The translations under genes were made by a program, and so were the position numbers. The notes beneath the pieces are model-generated. The model saw nothing but the letters and a program-made list of their open reading frames with translations, was not told the DNA's origin and ran no database searches. Shown here one piece after another: positions 15,601 through 18,037 of a stretch of 18,037 nt of DNA (the first letter of the stretch is position 1; each line of letters opens with the position of its first letter). Origin of the DNA: Candidatus Muiribacteriota bacterium (lineage in GTDB: Bacteria > Muiribacteriota > Muiribacteriia > Muiribacteriales > Muiribacteriaceae); contig JBNJGP010000039.1 in NCBI GenBank assembly GCA_051747805.1, positions 8,201 through 26,237 on the forward strand, given 5' to 3'.

Positions 15601-18037
15601 ATTACACCTCGAAGATAGACACGAATAGAACATCGTTTACTGCCGATATGGACAGAACATATCAATATCCATCATCAATAGAGCCGGATAAAATTGTAAG
15701 CCCTCTTGAAGAAGCAGATTATCATGGGTATTTTGAGCTTGTTAAAACTGGTGATTCAAATTATGAGGGGGATTTTTATATAAACCATAATGGTTTAAGT
15801 TATTCAAATCAAGAAAGCGAAAAAGACCATGAACACATAGTTGCAGACTGGAATGATAGAATAGACATTTCAGTCCCCATTACAGGAAAAATTAATCCAG
15901 AAATACAGCACCCGTTACCAGAGACAGTAAAAACTGAATATCATACTTCTTCAGATCCGCAATATGCTAAAGTTAGAAACAGTTTTCCAATAATTATGCC
16001 TATGCCGGACGCACCACAGCCACCACTGGAGTTTTCAATAACATCTATTTCAGCCCCATCGGTTGTGGGGAGTAAATCATATGAATTTGATGGGATGGTT
16101 AATTTTACATGGGAAAATAATCAGTCAAATTCAGCTAAAGTCCATAGATATAATGTTTATTTATATAATACCTCAGATGTTTTAGTAGATAACTTTGTTT
16201 ATTCATTAGGTGGGGATACCGAGCAGGTTTTACACAGTTCGCATTTTAGTAACGTAGATCCTGGGGAATATTATATAAAGGTTGAAGCGGTAAATAATTC
16301 ACCGTATGAGGGGAATCCCAGATTAAATGACCCTGGAAACGTGATAGGTGATAATCGCCTTTCGTGCTTTAAAGTTCATTCGCCACCTCAAATTTTGGTC
16401 AATAAACTTGATTATAAGCATATAGAAACAGAATATGGAGTTACTGGAACAATAACGGATAATTTTTTGGTAGAAGAAAAAACAGGAGCAAACCGTTATC
16501 AGATAAGATATTCAAGAAACCCCGATGGAAGCAATGTAGAGGGAATGACAACTCATAACTCAAACATCATACCTGGAAGTGTTATAAATATCACAACTCC
16601 AGGAATATATTATTTTCAGGCAAGAGCCGGATATGCTGAAACAAATTCCAGTGGAGAGGTATCTTATCAAGAATATACAGACTGGAGCGAGTCCAAACCA
16701 GTATGGCTGGCAACAGATAATGTTGTGGGAGTAGTTATTAATCACGATACACCGGCTCCTGGAAGTACCTACAAAGATATGCTTTTGTTTGCCCGGTTAT
16801 TAAAGAGCAATCATTTTTTAATCGACGATAATTTAACAGTAGTGCTGATAGAGGATTATCAGGAAGAATCAGACGGCACACCAATTTTACCGCTTCCTCA
16901 TCCTAAGCCGATTATTGATGATATACTGCTTCCGATATTTATACAGGATTATCAGGAGGAGCTTGAAAATTATGAACTTGATGATTTAACGTACTTAACA
17001 AAAGAGGATTATAAATTAATTAATGATGAAAATTTTGACGCATTATTTTTCAGCTCAACAAGAAAATTATCAAAAGAATTTTTAAAGCAAATAGGAAATA
17101 ATTATTCAAATTCAATAATGGCCAAAGACAGACCTGGAATACACAGTAGTATAGGATATAAGACAAAACTATTAAATGAACTTGGTATAACAACAGCACC
17201 AACAACTGATTCAAATCCAGGTGAAATGAAATATAAAGATTATCATCCAATAAGCGCGGGGATAAATACAGACGCAGTGTGGGACCCTGAATATTCAGGC
17301 CGTTATATTTCAAGTGCTTCGCCCATGGGGGCAACAACAAATATTCATTCAACAGTTGGTGTATTGCAGACAACAACTTTAAGTTCGCTTGATTCTGATC
17401 AATTAGATAGTGACGGAAGACCATCAAGCCGTAGAGTATTTTTAAATTATAAATGGAAGCTTAATGAATTTGACGAAACATTTTATGAAGATACACATGA
17501 AATATTCGGGCATAAAGTAACCAGGGGTGAAATTTTAAAAAAAGCTATGAAATGGGTGTTAAATGGGTCATTTTATAATTTAGAGGATATAAAAATAGCC
17601 TATTATGATTATGATAAAAAGCGGGACTGGCAGGATGAAGACCCAACAGATAAAATGGAACTTATGTATGAAAAACATTCTACTACAGAAGGGCATACAC
17701 TGGAAGGATATGAAGTTGATGGAAACTTGTCGGCACCCGAAGATTTACCCAGAATTGTCCCTTATCTACGCTGGGAAGGTGATCCTGAAGTTGTAAGTTA
17801 TCAGCTTTTTTATGGGGATCAGGAAATCCCGGTATTTGGTGATAATGAATATCATACAGAGTGGGACTTTATAATAGATAGCGGTGTTTCACCTGATCCT
17901 ATATGGCAAAATTATGATCCGGCGGATAATGAAACAATATCCTTTCGGTTACATGCTATAGGTGGTCCTGGATCATCCGGGGATAAAACAAAAGATATAA
18001 AAGTGCATTTATCAGGTTCTCCTGATATAAGCACAAA
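9612..18037 (+). CDS. Giant (at least 2808 aa, 3'-truncated) prepilin-type N-terminal cleavage/methylation protein: MshD-like pilin, beta-propeller, parallel beta-helices, FN3-like and GATase1/ThuA-like domains; putative pilus-borne adhesin
   Basis: GGGGG at 9602-9606, ATG 9612. My translation of this frame finds no stop to the window end, which explains its absence from the ORF track. N-terminus MNKKG|FTIAEIVITMVLLTIVIGPLMTAFMVSL is a class III signal (G-1, F+1, E+5). LAEELMQEI...YEDP...GLEAGETDRADFNDVDDYLGY resembles MshD-type minor pilins. Downstream domains recognised by motif (see findings). Confidence 0.9.
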   Translation, partial: MNKKGFTIAEIVITMVLLTIVIGPLMTAFMVSLRSTESVEEDFNMDVLAEELMQEIMNKHYEDPVYYGNIGLEAGETDRADFNDVDDYLGYKEDFGEIQDAYGNILTQYEEYSRKVDIFNEHGDPLKSEDGLEFIEENLTLFPQNVSRLKISRDGNRLFGIDAGNERLFVGNPFSNEIEAEYNLEENPRDLEIAPDSRQLYLAYNDKIEVYTYEKGEFSFSNVFGGMDFGQISGVEVIEGQVSLFSDKGIFINEEEVGNFDNVHFLESSHGKTFIGHGSSIAIVENTDFSNTITNRSIGTEDTINITSSFYDIFNNIVYFTVEGENIRYYDFNEESWGFSGGENNQYINALVYSYPEGEFYAGGENADSAGIMRSRNGRINFGNATNLDPSAALMDLFLDEKHSRVIMLEKESLHSKDFNTSNLQNDVWTTPEDISNLKLIVDYEDIFILTDGGIYKLDREDYTQEGFFPREGIKDFTVDNSRIYFTDGVVVRSVNRELSDETGFNIFSNIEEIQIAKDGKTLYMSAPTTNRIYFLDTFNGDVGEVEKELEVFDQSSSGNTLISYGNSQMTRSRNNIKETLSSNNSYEMLVNIDKEDMIYGIRSDGAIDVYEYQDGFGDDFSFISGYNLTSFGMDKGFNFYGTGSELVLDTGSVIDDSDDTNTGTVILYKTFVFPIPKYLREMQVDLEYSFTGNDLEIFVLPFAAEQEYFDKHEDSLAEAAFTASIGESSTINNFNRDITNLPPTNMLTVGFKFTDTDNSSKAEFVMDNLEINFNPKEDFKYIKTIDTPVNNPTKAALSWDNRFLYIASYNNFYTYDIENERFVERKALKIPNNANIQDLEVSTDNNTIFAATDKGLYSITEPLKKKIVKLTVEKDKRNVPPTVIYATASNWETRHGTNVIPHIVNREIIYTDDIFDNKINENTIWYPDKQYVVNGNLQITNGASLVIMPGTNVKFTSNSKINVTASATLTAINSLITSSNDHSSGAYLSGETDELETGFYRGIYIEPDANIIINGTQINYALTGIDKEGSSITEIENTSFINNTVGVNLSQTGAAIEIKACYFEENEFDIMQSNSPFPLTLTNNYFINAENRSVDIKTSNGVLLNTNHFYGGDTSGDAFFNNSGFTEAHNNLFSGYNGVIELSNTEGQIENNTFINGKNLVKIRSNEENRKFFFMNNKFINSQSLFNFNTQGTLTPDNFRAFMNYFINSSGEINNPEGFNLDFRGNYWGNEVPDEEALIQKIPFVFYGDLEKNVTIDNKDFFIRHFLRVQPGNRINLQNLELNFFSEYILPYIDIMRLNAFRGKLNMDNVKIKQEENDLIEELFENTNLTFTSLWNGINVFGEINAVESYFSNGINYIKLFNGSNYGSKVEELVFNEFNLNTNDSRYGILFTLANSGITDYKYEIEKLFFNKFLINDLDNKKGIFFDNGISIPEEDDKISMKYNYLGTNNPPLNGVYSQINTQMASIFPWSLYKTVESDIYIEEEDDFENTPLAVLGDIDLRATINFNLEDDKEPGILFATDSGITSDGGGIYTNDNPVLISHIKELNSPYDDYRDFDYWGGSDSDMPGEIVGLQLQNQSSYNLHIKYAKTRIETVLEGVSLEDNIQLEFENSRVANLESASSGIISDGIKKEININNTHYAVLDGEYFNFRNLTNNALLIFDKSDFGQYTNDFFENGLKQEPLNYEAEFSISYGEVENNTFSGDIEIKNSNFYNFPGIKTRETGGEILIEESRFLNSANIITAEKVSHSVNIKNSVFGDETEPEYTQRSIADIKYSQLSQPIVFDFIGNKLYIDNNISDYSDYIKLESRDQKNGFDIGVKAGENLFVTGNTNLNSYFNFGSSGTESTFFDTVMFYNNMFLNSGSASTKVAYLSGIKNFNFDFNHVENTSPFQFVLNSLNNINITNNNLNDYFSDELYQNYSAYGNYYNSSDSSDPLALSYNVDITKRPSFVVKEYEAEEVYNLNRIVSENYISIDKQVKIEMSRYSGDLDVDFGDYTSKIDTNRTSFTADMDRTYQYPSSIEPDKIVSPLEEADYHGYFELVKTGDSNYEGDFYINHNGLSYSNQESEKDHEHIVADWNDRIDISVPITGKINPEIQHPLPETVKTEYHTSSDPQYAKVRNSFPIIMPMPDAPQPPLEFSITSISAPSVVGSKSYEFDGMVNFTWENNQSNSAKVHRYNVYLYNTSDVLVDNFVYSLGGDTEQVLHSSHFSNVDPGEYYIKVEAVNNSPYEGNPRLNDPGNVIGDNRLSCFKVHSPPQILVNKLDYKHIETEYGVTGTITDNFLVEEKTGANRYQIRYSRNPDGSNVEGMTTHNSNIIPGSVINITTPGIYYFQARAGYAETNSSGEVSYQEYTDWSESKPVWLATDNVVGVVINHDTPAPGSTYKDMLLFARLLKSNHFLIDDNLTVVLIEDYQEESDGTPILPLPHPKPIIDDILLPIFIQDYQEELENYELDDLTYLTKEDYKLINDENFDALFFSSTRKLSKEFLKQIGNNYSNSIMAKDRPGIHSSIGYKTKLLNELGITTAPTTDSNPGEMKYKDYHPISAGINTDAVWDPEYSGRYISSASPMGATTNIHSTVGVLQTTTLSSLDSDQLDSDGRPSSRRVFLNYKWKLNEFDETFYEDTHEIFGHKVTRGEILKKAMKWVLNGSFYNLEDIKIAYYDYDKKRDWQDEDPTDKMELMYEKHSTTEGHTLEGYEVDGNLSAPEDLPRIVPYLRWEGDPEVVSYQLFYGDQEIPVFGDNEYHTEWDFIIDSGVSPDPIWQNYDPADNETISFRLHAIGGPGSSGDKTKDIKVHLSGSPDIST

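Noticed and set aside
9575..17796. Many short track ORFs (minus-strand 9575..9787 through 17050..17427, and + 17605..17796)
   Set aside because: They are antisense or out-of-frame shadows of the giant + strand ORF starting at 9612, with no recognisable motifs.
9612..18037. Numerous N-x-S/T sequons suggesting N-glycosylation
   Set aside because: Expected from the high Asn/Ser/Thr content of beta-helix proteins in an AT-rich genome; no oligosaccharyltransferase is visible and enrichment was not computed.

Overview
AT-rich bacterial chromosomal region, probably from a diderm (inferred from a predicted outer-membrane beta-barrel and a lipoprotein), encoding mostly envelope/secreted proteins. Left to right: 3' end of a Pro/Glu-linker protein plus terminator; YjbH-like beta-barrel; TPR lipoprotein (-); tRNA-Leu(CAA); zinc-ribbon membrane protein (-); a 127-bp MITE-like element with 14-bp terminal inverted repeats and a 9-bp target duplication in a divergent intergenic region; two paralogous membrane-anchored SGNH/GDSL proteins flanking a secreted 5'-nucleotidase; a purine-rich heptamer repeat tract; and a FecR-like/Ig/NTF2-like secreted protein. 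The main feature is missing from the supplied ORF track because it has no stop codon in the window: a + strand ORF from 9612 to the window end (at least 2808 codons). It starts with a type IV prepilin signal (G|FTIAE) and an MshD-like pilin domain that appears split by a ~745-aa beta-propeller insertion, then carries three beta-helix modules, FN3-like domains and a GATase1/ThuA-like domain. It is a candidate giant modular pilin/adhesin. All domain calls come from motif recognition by eye; no database searches were run.
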